From assembly GCF_001194135.2 (NCBI RefSeq), contig NC_068992.1, positions 19,031,182 to 19,095,181 of the forward strand: DNA of 64,000 nt, in the 5' to 3' direction. This DNA is from Octopus bimaculoides. Taxonomy: Eukaryota. Shown here in pieces: positions 26,644 through 39,200 of this stretch. A model generated the notes under the pieces. The model had not been told where the DNA came from and made no database searches. It was given only the letters and a program-made list of their open reading frames with translations. Position 1 is the first letter of the stretch. Each line of letters starts with the position of its first letter. A program made the translations under genes and the position numbers.

Positions 26644-27427
26644 ATTGCACTACTGGGTACTGCACACATCCTACNNNNNNNNNNNNNNNNNNNNNNNNNN
26701 NNNNNNNNNNNNNNNNNNNNNNNNNNNNNNNNNNNNNNNNNNNNNNNNNNNNNNNNNNNNNNNNNNNNNNNNNNNNNNNNNNNNNNNNNNNNNNNNNNNN
26801 NNNNNNNNNNNNNNNNNNNNNNNNNNNNNNNNNNNNNNNNNNNNNNNNNNNNNNNNNNNNNNNNNNNNNNNNNNNNNNNNNNNNNNNNNNNNNNNNNNNN
26901 NNNNNNNNNNNNNNNNNNNNNNNNNNNNNNNNNNNNNNNNNNNNNNNNNNNNNNNNNNNNNNNNNNNNNNNNNNNNNNNNNNNNNNNNNNNNNNNNNNNN
27001 NNNNNNNNNNNNNNNNNNNNNNNNNNNNNNNNNNNNNNNNNNNNNNNNNNNNNNNNNNNNNNNNNNNNNNNNNNNNNNNNNNNNNNNNNNNNNNNNNNNN
27101 NNNNNNNNNNNNNNNNNNNNNNNAATACAAAGACCTGGAAATAGAGATAACTCGAATGTGGAATATAAAAACAGAAACAATTCCTATCATAGTAGGTGCC
27201 TTAGGTATAATAAAAAAAATATTCAGGCAAATACATAACAAAAACACCAGGACTTACAAATATATATAACATACAGAAAATTGCACTACTGGGTACTGCA
27301 CACATTCTACGCAAAACACTTTCAATACAGTAAACATAAGAGCACCACAGCAAACCACAGCACATACCCAAGGCGCACAGAGCTGCGCTCGGTAGTGAAG
27401 TGAAAGTACGTTATAAAAATAAAACTA

Positions 27428-27430
<3 letters not shown>
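26644..27430 (+). mobile_element. R4/Dong-clade non-LTR retrotransposon 3' fragments (family 1), spanning a gap
   Basis: YKDLEIEITRMWNIKTETIPIIVGALG...IQKIALLGTAHIL, the C-terminus of a restriction-like endonuclease; 3' UTR ends in (AAT)n; preceded by (CTA)n(TAA)n. Confidence 0.85.
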
Positions 27431-27458
<28 letters not shown>

Positions 27459-28046
27459 GACCCTGAAAGAATATAAGAGACGTCATGTCAATATAGTAAG
27501 GATTGTATATTAGACACTTTGCAACAAGTATGGACTTGACAGAGCAAAAAAAGTGGTACGAACATAAACCGGAGACATCATCGAAAATGATAATGCAAAG
27601 ATCCTATGGGATTCAGTGCGACCATGAGATAGAGAATAGGAAAGCAGACATATTGTTAATTGTGAAAGAAAGCGAATGATGCTGGATCATAGATATAGCA
27701 TGCCCAGCTGACAACAAGGTAGGTATGCGATAAAGAAGAAAGAAAAGTCGATAGATATGACAGGTTAGCCTGGGATTTTGAGCAGTTGTGGTCGATGAAA
27801 AAGGTAGTAGTAGTAGTACCAATAATTGTCGTAGCCCTGGGAACTCTGAGTAAAAATCTTGTGAAGTACAGGGAACAGATATGGGCTGCAATAAGGGTGG
27901 AGCACTTGCAGAAAACAGCACTGCTTGGAAGCGCTTGAATACTCCGGTTGGTGCTCAAAAACTAAAGTTTATTGCCTTAGTTCGCTGGTAGTGAAAAGCC
28001 GGTACCGTAGTACATATATGGCGTTAGAAGCTGTACAAAGAAAGTA
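27459..28046 (+). mobile_element. R4/Dong-clade 3' fragment (family 2, more decayed)
   Basis: Broken frames give WYEHKP, ENDNAKILWD, CDHEIENRKADI, WIIDIACPADN and LQKTALLGSA; flanked by (TAA)n on both sides. Confidence 0.8.
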
Positions 28047-28115
<69 letters not shown>

Positions 28116-28118
<3 letters not shown>

Positions 28119-29221
28119 CAAGATCAAAGCTTCCCACCAGAAATTACCAAGAACATGTAAATAAAAGAAATACCACAAATAACTGCAGAAAATATCAAAA
28201 ACACGTAATGTAATGAAATACAAACCAAAAACAAGTAATAAAAAGAAATACACACCAAAAAACACGTAATGAAAAGATATGAAACACAAGACCAATGCCT
28301 CCCCACCAGAGATGACAAAAATCATATAATGAATAGAAATACAAGTAACTGCAGAATATGTAGTTATAGAGAAGGAACAATAAATCATATTGTTTCTGGC
28401 TGTCCACTCGTGACTAAGAAGGAATATATTCACACATACGACAGTGTTGGGAACTATATACACTTGAAGTTACGCAAACACTATAGAATAACAGTAGAAA
28501 GAAATGGTATACGCACACATCAGAGAAGGTCAGAGAAAATGAGAAAGCAAACATACTCTGGGATATGCCAATACACACACATGGGGAAATTAAGGCCAAT
28601 AGGCCGGATATGGTTGTCAGAGATCATCGAGTAAAAAAATGCTTTCTAATCGATGTATCAATACCAATGTTTCTCTAAAAGAAATGGAGAAACTTTGAAG
28701 ATACAAAAATCTGGAAATAAAGGTAACTCGAATGCGGAGTCTAAAAACAGAAACAATTCATATCATAGTATTGGGATATGCCAATACACACAGAGAAATT
28801 AAGGCCAATAGGCCTGATATAGCTTTCAGAGACCATGAAGAAAAAAAATGCTTTCTAATTGATGTATCAATACCAGCAGATGACAATGTTTCCGTAAAAG
28901 AAATGGAGAAACTTTCAAAATACAAAGACCTGGAAATAGAGGTAACTCGAATGTGAAATCTAAAAACAGAAACAATTCCTATCATAGTAGGTGCCTTAGG
29001 TATGATAAAAACATATTCAGACAAATACATAACAAAAACGCCAGGACTTACAAATATATATAACATACAGAAAATTGCACTATTGGGCGCTGCACACAAC
29101 CTACGCAAAACACTTTCAATACAGTAACCATAAGAGCATCACAGCAAACCACAGCACCTAACTAAGGCACACAGAGCTGCGCTCGGTAGTAAAGTGAAAG
29201 CACGCTATAAAAATAAAACTA

Positions 29222-29225
<4 letters not shown>
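28116..29225 (+). mobile_element. R4/Dong-clade 3' portion (family 1): CCHC finger + PD-(D/E)xK endonuclease, internally duplicated, inactive
   Basis: CRICSYREGTINHIVSGC; ANRPDI...LIDVSIPADDNV..KE.EK..KYKDLE; stops and frameshifts; (TAA)n at both ends. Confidence 0.9.
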
Positions 29226-29270
<45 letters not shown>

Positions 29271-30289
29271 NNNNNNNNNNNNNNNNNNNNNNNNNNNNNN
29301 NNNNNNNNNNNNNNNNNNNNNNNNNNNNNNNNNNNNNNNNNNNNNNNNNNNNNNNNNNNNNNNNNNNNNNNNNNNNNNNNNNNNNNNNNNNNNNNNNNNN
29401 NNNNNNNNNNNNNNNNNNNNNNNNNNNNNNNNNNNNNNNNNNNNNNNNNNNNNNNNNNNNNNNNNNNNNNNNNNNNNNNNNNNNNNNNNNNNNNNNNNNN
29501 NNNNNNNNNNNNNNNNNNNNNNNNNNNNNNNNNNNNNNNNNNNNNNNNNNNNNNNNNNNNNNNNNNNNNNNNNNNNNNNNNNNNNNNNNNNNNNNNNNNN
29601 NNNNNNNNNNNNNNNNNNNNNNNNNNNNNNNNNNNNNNNNNNNNNNNNNNNNNNNNNNNNNNNNNNNNNNNNNNNNNNNNNNNNNNNNNNNNNNNNNNNN
29701 NNNNNNNNNNNNNNNNNNNNNNNNNNNNNNNNNNNNNNNNNNNNNNNNNNNNNNNNNNNNNNNNNNNNNNNNNNNNNNNNNNNNNNNNNNNNNNNNNNNN
29801 NNNNNNNNNNNNNNNNNNNNNNNNNNNNNNNNNNNNNNNNNNNNNNNNNNNNNNNNNNNNNNNNNNNNNNNNNNNNNNNNNNNNNNNNNNNNNNNNNNNN
29901 NNNNNNNNNNNNNNNNNNNNNNNNNNNNNNNNNNNNNNNNNNNNNNNNNNNNNNNNNNNNNNNNNNNNNNNNNNNNNNNNNNNNNNNNNNNNNNNNNNNN
30001 NNNNNNNNNNNNNNNNNNNNNNNNNNNNNNNNNNNNNNNNNNNNNNNNNNNNNNNNNNNNNNNNNNNNNNNNNNNNNNNNNNNNNNNNNNNNNNNNNNNN
30101 NNNNNNNNNNNNNNNNNNNNNNNNNNNNNNNNNNNNNNNNNNNNNNNNNNNNNNNNNNNNNNNNNNNNNNNNNNNNNNNNNNNNNNNNNNNNNNNNNNNN
30201 NNNNNNNNNNNNNNNNNNNNNNNNNNNNNNNNNNNNNNNNNNNNNNNNNNNNNNNNNNNNNNNNNNNATATATATATACGTGTGTGCGT

Positions 30290-30480
30290 GGATGTGGGTG
30301 TGTGCGTTTGTCCCCCACCGTCGCTTGACAAACCATGTTGGTGTGTTCACGTCCCTGTAACCTACGGTTCGGCAAAAGAAACCGATAGAATAAGTACTGG
30401 GTTTACAAAGAATAAGTCTTGGGCCCGATCTGTTCGATTAAAGGCGATGCTCCAGCATGGCCGCAGTCAAATGCCTGAAA
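30290..30480 (+). mobile_element. Family-A SINE body and tail
   Basis: cgcttgacaaacc..gttggtgtgtt..gatagaataagtact..gctccagcatggccgcagtcaaatg. Confidence 0.85.
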
Positions 30481-30830
30481 TGTGCACTACATGTCACATA
30501 AGAACAAGGTATTGCAACAGCCTCGGTTGCAGAGGACATCAGCTCTTTAATGCTCTGCCAAAACATTTGTGAGACCTGTAAGACATGGATGTAGAGGTTT
30601 TCAAAACAAAAGTCGACACTTTCCTATCCACGATACCAGACGAAACGGTGGCTCGAAATGAGACATAGTTGAGGGCAGCGATGTCAAATTCTCTTATACA
30701 CCAGATGTGCCATAGAAAGTCTTCATTGCAAGTAACGCGCAGAAAGCTCAGCATAAGGAGGGAATGTCATGATGGTGCTCCAGCAGGACCGCAGTCACTT
30801 GGCTGAAACGCATAAATAAATAAATAAATA
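30481..30830 (+). mobile_element. CR1-group LINE 3' end
   Basis: TRYCNSLGCRGHQLFNALPKHL...VFKTKVDTFLSTIPDE is a typical CR1/L2-group ORF2 terminus; (TAAA)n tail. Confidence 0.7.
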
Positions 30831-30964
30831 AATATATATATGCACACACCCATACATATCTATATATACATGTGTTTGCATACATATATATATATATATG
30901 TAATACAGCGTGTGTATGTGTATGTATGTATGTATGTATATGAGTGTATATATATATATATATA

Positions 30965-30999
<35 letters not shown>

Positions 31000-32439
31000 N
31001 NNNNNNNNNNNNNNNNNNNNNNNNNNNNNNNNNNNNNNNNNNNNNNNNNNNNNNNNNNNNNNNNNNNNNNNNNNNNNNNNNNNNNNNNNNNNNNNNNNNN
31101 NNNNNNNNNNNNNNNNNNNNNNNNNNNNNNNNNNNNNNNNNNNNNNNNNNNNNNNNNNNNNNNNNNNNNNNNNNNNNNNNNNNNNNNNNNNNNNNTATAG
31201 ACATGCGTATATAGAAATAGAAACTAATTCTTGTGCTACATGAAAGTAGTGACTTATAAAAACACTAATTCTCATATCTATTGTCTCGTAGTAGATAAAC
31301 GTCGGCACATTTATGATGACAATACTAAATAATTCCTTCTAGTAGTAATTAAATTAATTCTGTATACAAATCGTCTATTAAGCTAAGTAACATTGTCTAC
31401 TTTGCTATAAGAAATATTTTCTGTGTTTTACTTATTTAAAATTGTTTGTATGTATTTGACGAACACGGAAACATTGAAGACTAATGGAAAGTAATTTATT
31501 CCAATTACACAAATTTTCTTTCATTATTTTTGTTACTGCCTCATCTTATATTGATTTTTAACATTAGCCCACGCCCACCGATTTTGGAAGAGGGGTATAG
31601 TAGAATTAATTGCTCAGTATTTAACTTGTACTCTCTTCAACGATACATCGTAACGTTTAACGCTTTAACTATCCAAAATATTTTCTTAAGATTCTCGCTG
31701 TAGACAAATTTTGTCCATGACAAAGCAGAGACAATGGTTTGTGCACAAATTCGAACCTGATATTGGCATATTCGAAATGGTAATAACATTGAATTTATGC
31801 ACATCACTGCCTGGCGCTACCACCTCGTAATTAATTTACAGTGAGCCGCCGATTAGCACAACCAGCCGACTTACGATGACGGGAATAACATAAGCGAGAT
31901 TGTCTTTCTTATCAGCTCGCAGCGTCACAGTCGCGTTCCTGTTACTGAAGAGGAGATGTCCACTCCGAAACACATGCATCTCAATCTCTGGATATGTGAC
32001 GCTGTGAGCTGCTTTAAATATACTTACACAATTTGAACACAACGAGAAACGTTGCCTACGACAAAACACAGTGAATGTCTTATTTACAAGTCCGAATGTG
32101 CCACTGACATATTTGAACTGGTAATATCATTGCATTTTTTAAGATCGTCATAATGATCCCTACTGGTTTCCGATATAGCCTTGGTTTCGTATAATCTGAT
32201 AAGCTGCAAGTTAATCTTGTAATTAAAAAAAATCTGGCAATGCATATCTTATATGATGAACGTCAGGGAAATGCCCTGTGTAGCACAGAACTGGCAGAAG
32301 ATTAAAGATTAAACCGATTTTGGTGATTTGAAATTAGAATACAAAGGATGTACCAAAATAATGTAACGCATATCCTCGCCACTCTATACACCCTTTCGGT
32401 CCGTCACTCTTGCATATCACACATATATATATATATGTG

Positions 32440-32870
32440 TTTCAGTCATTGAATTGCGGCTATGCAGGTGTACCGCCTACAAGGGATTAGTCAAAGACAT
32501 CGACGGCAGTACTCATCTATTAAAAAATATATTTACTTCATCGATGTCTTTTGTCGATCGGTGAAGCATGGCCGCAGTTAAACGACTGATACAAGTACAA
32601 GAGGAAAAGAGAGTATACACATACATATATGTATATACATATATGTATATATATACGTACATATATGTATATATATACATATATAAATATATATATACAT
32701 ACGTACATACATATATATGTATATATATATGCACAAATATATATACATACACACACGACGGTGTTCTTTCTGCGTACCAATCTCGCATACGTGGCTTTTT
32801 TTTTAACCTGGGGCTATAGTTGTCTAAGATGGCACGGAGGACTGAACCTGGAACCGTATGGTTGGGAAAA
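32440..32870 (-). mobile_element. Degenerate family-A SINE with internal (TA/TATG)n expansion
   Basis: cagtcattgaattgcggc, gcatggccgcagtt and a head-like ggactgaacctggaacc. Confidence 0.55.
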
Positions 32871-35800
32871 TATTAAAATCAGTAATTAATTATCAACACT
32901 AATAGATGTACACAAAATATTGATTCTAAATTTTGAACCTGACCACTTTACATTATTGGAACACATTGATCGTTGGGAAGTATTAAAGTCCAAACTCGAA
33001 CCCGACAGAATTTGATCTCGGAACATATAATAATCTCACTTAATTACTGCCGGGTCCCATTTTTACAACGCCAGTTATCTTTCATGAAAGTAAATATTGA
33101 TTTTATATATTTGTACAATTGTATAAATTTTGAATGGTGACAGAATCGATTCATTTTAAATCAGTAGTTATGTTATGTTTAATTTGTTCACCATTAAACG
33201 AGGAATAGTAACGTGGGCTCCTATGGGATTTCAACGTTCGTAAAGCAGGTAGTTCAGTACTTAAAAGCCATTTCGTTCAATGCCCTAGCGACAGTCACCC
33301 AATGCACTATACAACTCTGAAACTATCAATAAATAAAGTGTTCATTTATAATTTATGTACAAGGCAATAGTTTTGCAAGGAAAAATGTAGAATTAATGAT
33401 AATCACACTATACTTTCAAGGTGACACATAAATAAAATATATCAAATTGGATTTCAGTGTAAATGAAATACTGCTTATGGCTTCGCGTTCATTATCACAT
33501 AAAGTATAACAAATACTAAAACACTACTATATCGAACATATATACAGCTATTTTTATACATAGGTTCGTACATACAAACACATGTATACACGAGTGTTTC
33601 AATATGTTTTAAGTCTTCATATTCATCTGTTTACGTCACCGTGTTCTTACTATCACTGGCAGAATCATTAAAGTGGCAGATAATCCGTATATTTAGTTAT
33701 AAAAACATTACATTCTGTGTTTAGAAAGTGTCACTGTCGACTTTAACGTCCCTTCCATGCTCCAGTAATAGCTCGCCTGTTTTGTACTAATTATAGTATA
33801 ATCAATTATATGTTCATGTCTTATCAGCCTTGTATCTGGTAATAAAGAAATACCTTAATATATTATATTAGTGTGGAACAGTCATATTCATTTTTATCCT
33901 CTGATAAAAGTGTTAAGTATATTAGCAGAAATGGGTAAATTTAAACTTATCCACTAATAGTATAATACTGTTATGTACCGTGATAAAATATGAAATGAAT
34001 GCAATGCAGGTTAGAAATGTTACTTATTACTATCTTGTTATGTGTTAAAGTTTATTGTTTGATGCACTTTTGAAACTGGTATTACCTGAGCACAAGTAGT
34101 TAAACTTGATGTTACGCCAATTAAATACTTTACGATATTATGACGAATGTTTTCTATTGATGGGAGAAATGTGAGTACGACGTTGCATCTCTTGCTGTAT
34201 CATTTTGGATTCTTCAGCTTATTCAGTTTCATTGACTGACAGTTGAAAGAATATATATTAAGCAGTTGAAAGTAATTATAATGCATAGACTATTAAAAAA
34301 AACTAAAAACGAAATGCCGTATGTAACAAACAAGTTTGTTTTTCGAAGCGCTGAAATGTATGGTAGAACAAGTATAAAGATAGATTTTATTCAACGCATA
34401 GATACTGAACAGTATAGATATAAAGGATAAGATCCCTTTTTTCTTCTGCTTTTAAAAAAAGAAATATATTTGCCGAAATAAGGAGAAATCTGATTTTACA
34501 TCACTATGCATAGTTTTAGATTTGTATCTATACATATTGTAACATGTAGAGATTTAACTAACTGTTTCAACATTAATAATCAAAAGCTACAGTACACAAA
34601 ACTAGAAAATTGTCGTTTAAGTATTTACAATTACAAGCTTGAACATGAATCCATTATGTACAAGCATACATACAGCATATACATGCATTCAATTATATGC
34701 AACTAGTCCATTGTGTTTTTGCTTTTTCTTTCAAAATTCCGATGAAAAACCCTTTTTTCCAGTTTAGAAACCAGCTCTTCTTACATAGTTGAGAATTATG
34801 GGAAGTAAAACCAAAAGAACATATATATTAATCTGCGAGGACTCTACACTGCGAAATCAAATATATTCCGCTTGACTCGGAATGAATGGCAGTTTGAAAA
34901 GTATGGTCATCTGTGGTACAATTGCATAACATCCTACTTTCTAAGAGTGTTTTTTTTCCAGTATCAGTATGTGATTTATATATNNNNNNNNNNNNNNNNN
35001 NNNNNNNNNNNNNNNNNNNATATATATATATATATATACATATATTTAATACGCACTCCGTTGCCATACAGCGTAATTTTGTGAAAAATATTGCAAATTA
35101 TTGCAGACCGCTTATATTCAAGTTTCCCCGTGAAAGAGAAATTGAAATGTTATGTTTCAGGTTCAGATAAAGTATCTTTTGGTTTTAGACTTATAATATG
35201 CATATTTATAGTGACGTTTACTGAAATCGATACTTTGAGACCTGTGTAGCTCCTCTAAATAGCTCAGGTAGTATGACCGGCACACAACATACCACATTCT
35301 TGAAAAGTTGGAAAATTAAAATCGAGTTTCACAATTACAAGGTGGACGCACATTGTATCCTCACTCAAAAGGAATATGTAACATGGACAGTTAGAATATG
35401 TTACAGTTTAGCAAACCCGACAACATATTCGCCATCGTAAACAGTCTACGCAAATAAGGAGTGAGGTATGCACATATAAATTTGCAGATAGTTGTCCCTT
35501 TATGAAGAAAACCCAGAGGTATACTTTGCCTTTGTGTAGAAAAAAACCAGAGGCAACTTTGCCAAGCATGCCTGTGAATAACGAATGTAGTAATGAGTTA
35601 TTGAATATATATATATACATGTGTGCATGTGTGTGTTGTGTGTTGAAGCGTGTTCTTTTCCAGAAAATCACTATATGACTACTTTGTGTCAAAATAACTA
35701 ATGGTTTTTTAACTATATTACAGTCCGCATTTAGCTTCTTCGCAATTATTATATTACAACATAAATAACATTCTGGTACTGATTGCAATATATTTACCTA

Positions 35801-35956
35801 TTTTTGCTTTTGAAAAGTAACGTGGGTTTACGCGTGATGAAAACATATCGTGTATTAAATGTGAAAGTTATTGTTTCATAGACATTATCTTGAAATCTTT
35901 ATAACACGTTTCCAATAATGCTTCAGTAATTAATCAACGTCCATTGACTTACAATT

Positions 35957-36005
<49 letters not shown>

Positions 36006-37756
36006 TGTAAGTATGTATGAATGCGTGTATTTGCGTGTGTGTGATTGTGTTTGTATTTGTGTTTGTATGTAATGTGTAGGGGTTCCTAATGGTTTCGTAC
36101 TGCACTGAAAAATTCATATCGAGGACTAAGTTATAAGAGTAAGACACAGAAGAGAGGCAGGCACTCGATTGTAATGTAAATTTCTTTCAAATGGCTTGTT
36201 CGACTTCTCGTGTAACAAAGGGAATTAGTATTATAAATTGCAGGTGACAATATAAATATGCATGTCTATATAGTTGTATGTTTACATTTAATGGTTTTAA
36301 GCAATGTGCTGAATTGTAATGAGTTATGAAAGACATTTCATGTCACCAATATATTAAGTATAACGCTCAGGAATTGAAAATATCTTTAAAGTTTCGAGCC
36401 TACGCTCTTCTACAGGAAGGAACACAGAAAGAAACAAGGAAAGAAACAAGGAGAGAAAAAAATGTGTGTAGTGGTTACCGATCTATCATGTCGAATGCCG
36501 GACTATGAGAAAGAATAGAGAGATGACATAAGTATAAACAATGAACCGCTATAAAATGCTGAGGACTCATACTTGAGTGCCTGCATAATCCCTTAAAATT
36601 TTATCAGAGCCTCGCTAACTGCTATTAGTTTCTTGCCTTTGAAAATACAATAGTCCAATGAATTTGTACACTGTATCGTGCATTTCCAGGAAATCATTAA
36701 TACTCAAAATATATGGCTCACATGATATATTTTGTGTCTAATCGTATAGTAGAAGTACGCGGCACACTATGCCAGATATCAAATTTATATTTAGACCCAT
36801 ACATAAACACAAATATACATTTAGCATACGCAAATTTCACTACACACACAAACAATACATACAAAATGATATAAATATAGTCATTTGTTGATTCACCGTG
36901 AAATAGATTATTTAAGTCAATACATAATTGTAGTTTATCTTTAGATACATTATATCTGAAAGGCTTATAAATTTAGTACCTCAGGATAAACATTCCCGTG
37001 TTTTGAGCTTGTAATCTGTTTTGGTGAATTTTTTTATTGAAAAATCTGTTTTAATATATATTGAAGTATTACATAAAAATTATGAAGAAAATGCTTATAA
37101 AGTTTTCCATTTTACAACCATATATATATTTGCGTCTGTGTCTGCACACACACGGACTCACACGCATGCACACACACTAGAAACTACTATATATGAATGC
37201 ATAAGCACACACATACACACACACTATATATATAAGAGAGAGAAAGGGAGATCTAAAATTAATTTTAATCTAAAACAAATTTTAATTAAATTCCAAATAA
37301 AGATTCATTGTCTTCATACTGATAACATAAGCATGAATATGACTGTGTTTTACTTTTAAGTTATGTAAATATAATGGTTCTTTTCAGAATAAAGTAACGA
37401 TTTTTTTTTTTGTAAATTGAAATTATAAGTTGCTGCTTGTTTGAAATTTTTGTTCGTTGTTGTGTATAAGATAGAGCACCTGCCGTGGTAAAAGGCCAGA
37501 TTATATATGACTACTATATGATTTTGTTCATAATATATTTGGTAACTCGTTTGCTGTTTTGAATAGTGTGGTTGAATTGATTGTATGCTTATCCTATCGT
37601 TGATTCTCGGGCAATAAACGTCGATACCTACTAACGTTTCTAAATACCTTTTTCTTTTACCCAAATATAGGGCGTATTTTAATTTGTTATTGGTGTTGCT
37701 TTTATTTACAACTGTATAATAATCAGGAATATTTTTGCCGCGATTATTCCATGTTT

Positions 37757-37930
37757 TTAAGTAAATTTCCTTTTTAAATGGGGTATGTTATAATAATCGT
37801 CGTCGTACACTATGCTTGTGTCCGAGAATTTGTTCGTCTCGTTGAAGTGTTCCTCCATGTTGATGGCGCCTATTACTGAATATCCAGTAGTTGCTTCATC
37901 GGGATTCAACAATATCACATATCTAAAGAA
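37757..37930 (-). CDS. Candidate orphan terminal exon of unknown product
   Basis: Acceptor-like tttctttag, then open frame YVILLNPDEATTGYSVIGAINMEEHFNETNKFSDTSIVYDDDYYNIPHLKRKFT* in non-repetitive DNA. No family recognised. Confidence 0.2.
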   Translation of the reverse strand, partial: FFRYVILLNPDEATTGYSVIGAINMEEHFNETNKFSDTSIVYDDDYYNIPHLKRKFT

Positions 37931-38789
37931 ATATCCGGCTTCAACTTCAGCTGCTATACATGAACACACAATTATTATTTCGAGAGATTGAATATGTCAT
38001 GAGCAGCATTGAACTACAAAAATCACCATACAACACCCCTTTTAGAATATTCAAGTATGGGAAATGTATCTCCAAACCAAACATTTCACTCCGATTTTGA
38101 AAATATGAGAAGATACCTATTTAAAGATACACTTACTACCCAACAATTTCAAATTATATAAATTAAAATTATATAAACCTGCTCGTTGGAATTGGTCAAC
38201 TGACCACGTTTAGGCTGCTTTTCTATTGTCAGTGCCCGGAAGTGTCTGAGGTGTAGGTTTATGCCGAACAACTGATGCCAGGTGGAGGAAGAGTACAGTT
38301 GTCGACTGAATCAATAGTGAAAATTAGCCCATCAGATTTCTTAACGAAAGAAGATAAGAATTGTATTCTTTCTGTAGTAGCAACTGCGAGAGGGATTATA
38401 TGAAGGACAAAAATGAAAGGAATAAGGTGAGGCACCTTCATCATTAGCCCTAATTTGGTGAATTTTTCATTTCCACTTAAAAAGGCAAATACGGCTGGAG
38501 AGATGTTTGACTGAAGACATGTTTGGAAAAAGATGGAAGAATGTTGGTCATGAAAGGCTCCGCGTGAATGTGATATGGTTTAAAAACCCAGGTCAGTGGT
38601 AAGGCGGGGTTCGTGGTGTCCGTTATAATCCTGCCTCCATTCCATCTATTATGTCTTATTTTGCCCTATCATCATCCGTATTATATATGTTTTTAGAATT
38701 TTTGAAAGGACCCTAATCGCATTTCTTGTAAAGCCATTCGACTTCATTGTGCTGTCTCTTCTATGTATGTCCTTATGGATAATAAAACA

Positions 38790-39200
38790 TTAAGAAACTT
38801 GATTACGCCGGGCGAAATGCTTAACTGTATTTCGTCTGTCTTTACGTTGTGATTTTTTCATCCTTTCGGGGTCGATAAATTAAGTACTAATTACGTACTG
38901 GGGTCGATCTAATCGACTGGCTCCCTCTCCAAAATTTTCGGGCCTTTGGCCTAGAGTAGAAAATAATATTTCCGGATTGATTCTAGTGGTTCTATTTTAT
39001 CAACTAAATATATAGATTTCGTGCAAATATTGGCAAAAGAAGTGAGGGATTAAGTCAGTTACATCCACTCCAAACTCAGTTGATTCTTACTGTAGTAACC
39101 CCGAAAGGATGAAAGACACAGTTGACCTAGGTAGAATTTGAGGTTAGAACGTAAAGACGAGCAAACCATTTTCCCCCGCGAGCCAAGAATTCTGCACGCC
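38790..39200. mobile_element. Two family-B SINEs tail-to-tail (+ 38790-38970; - 39020-39200)
   Basis: cgccgggcgaaatgc...ggggtcgataaattaagtac; ccccgaaaggatgaaag...agaacgtaaagacg. Confidence 0.75.

Noticed and set aside
38259-38444. 61-aa ORF with a signal-peptide-like N-terminus
   Set aside because: No recognisable domain or processing motifs; short hydrophobic ORFs are common in AT-rich DNA.
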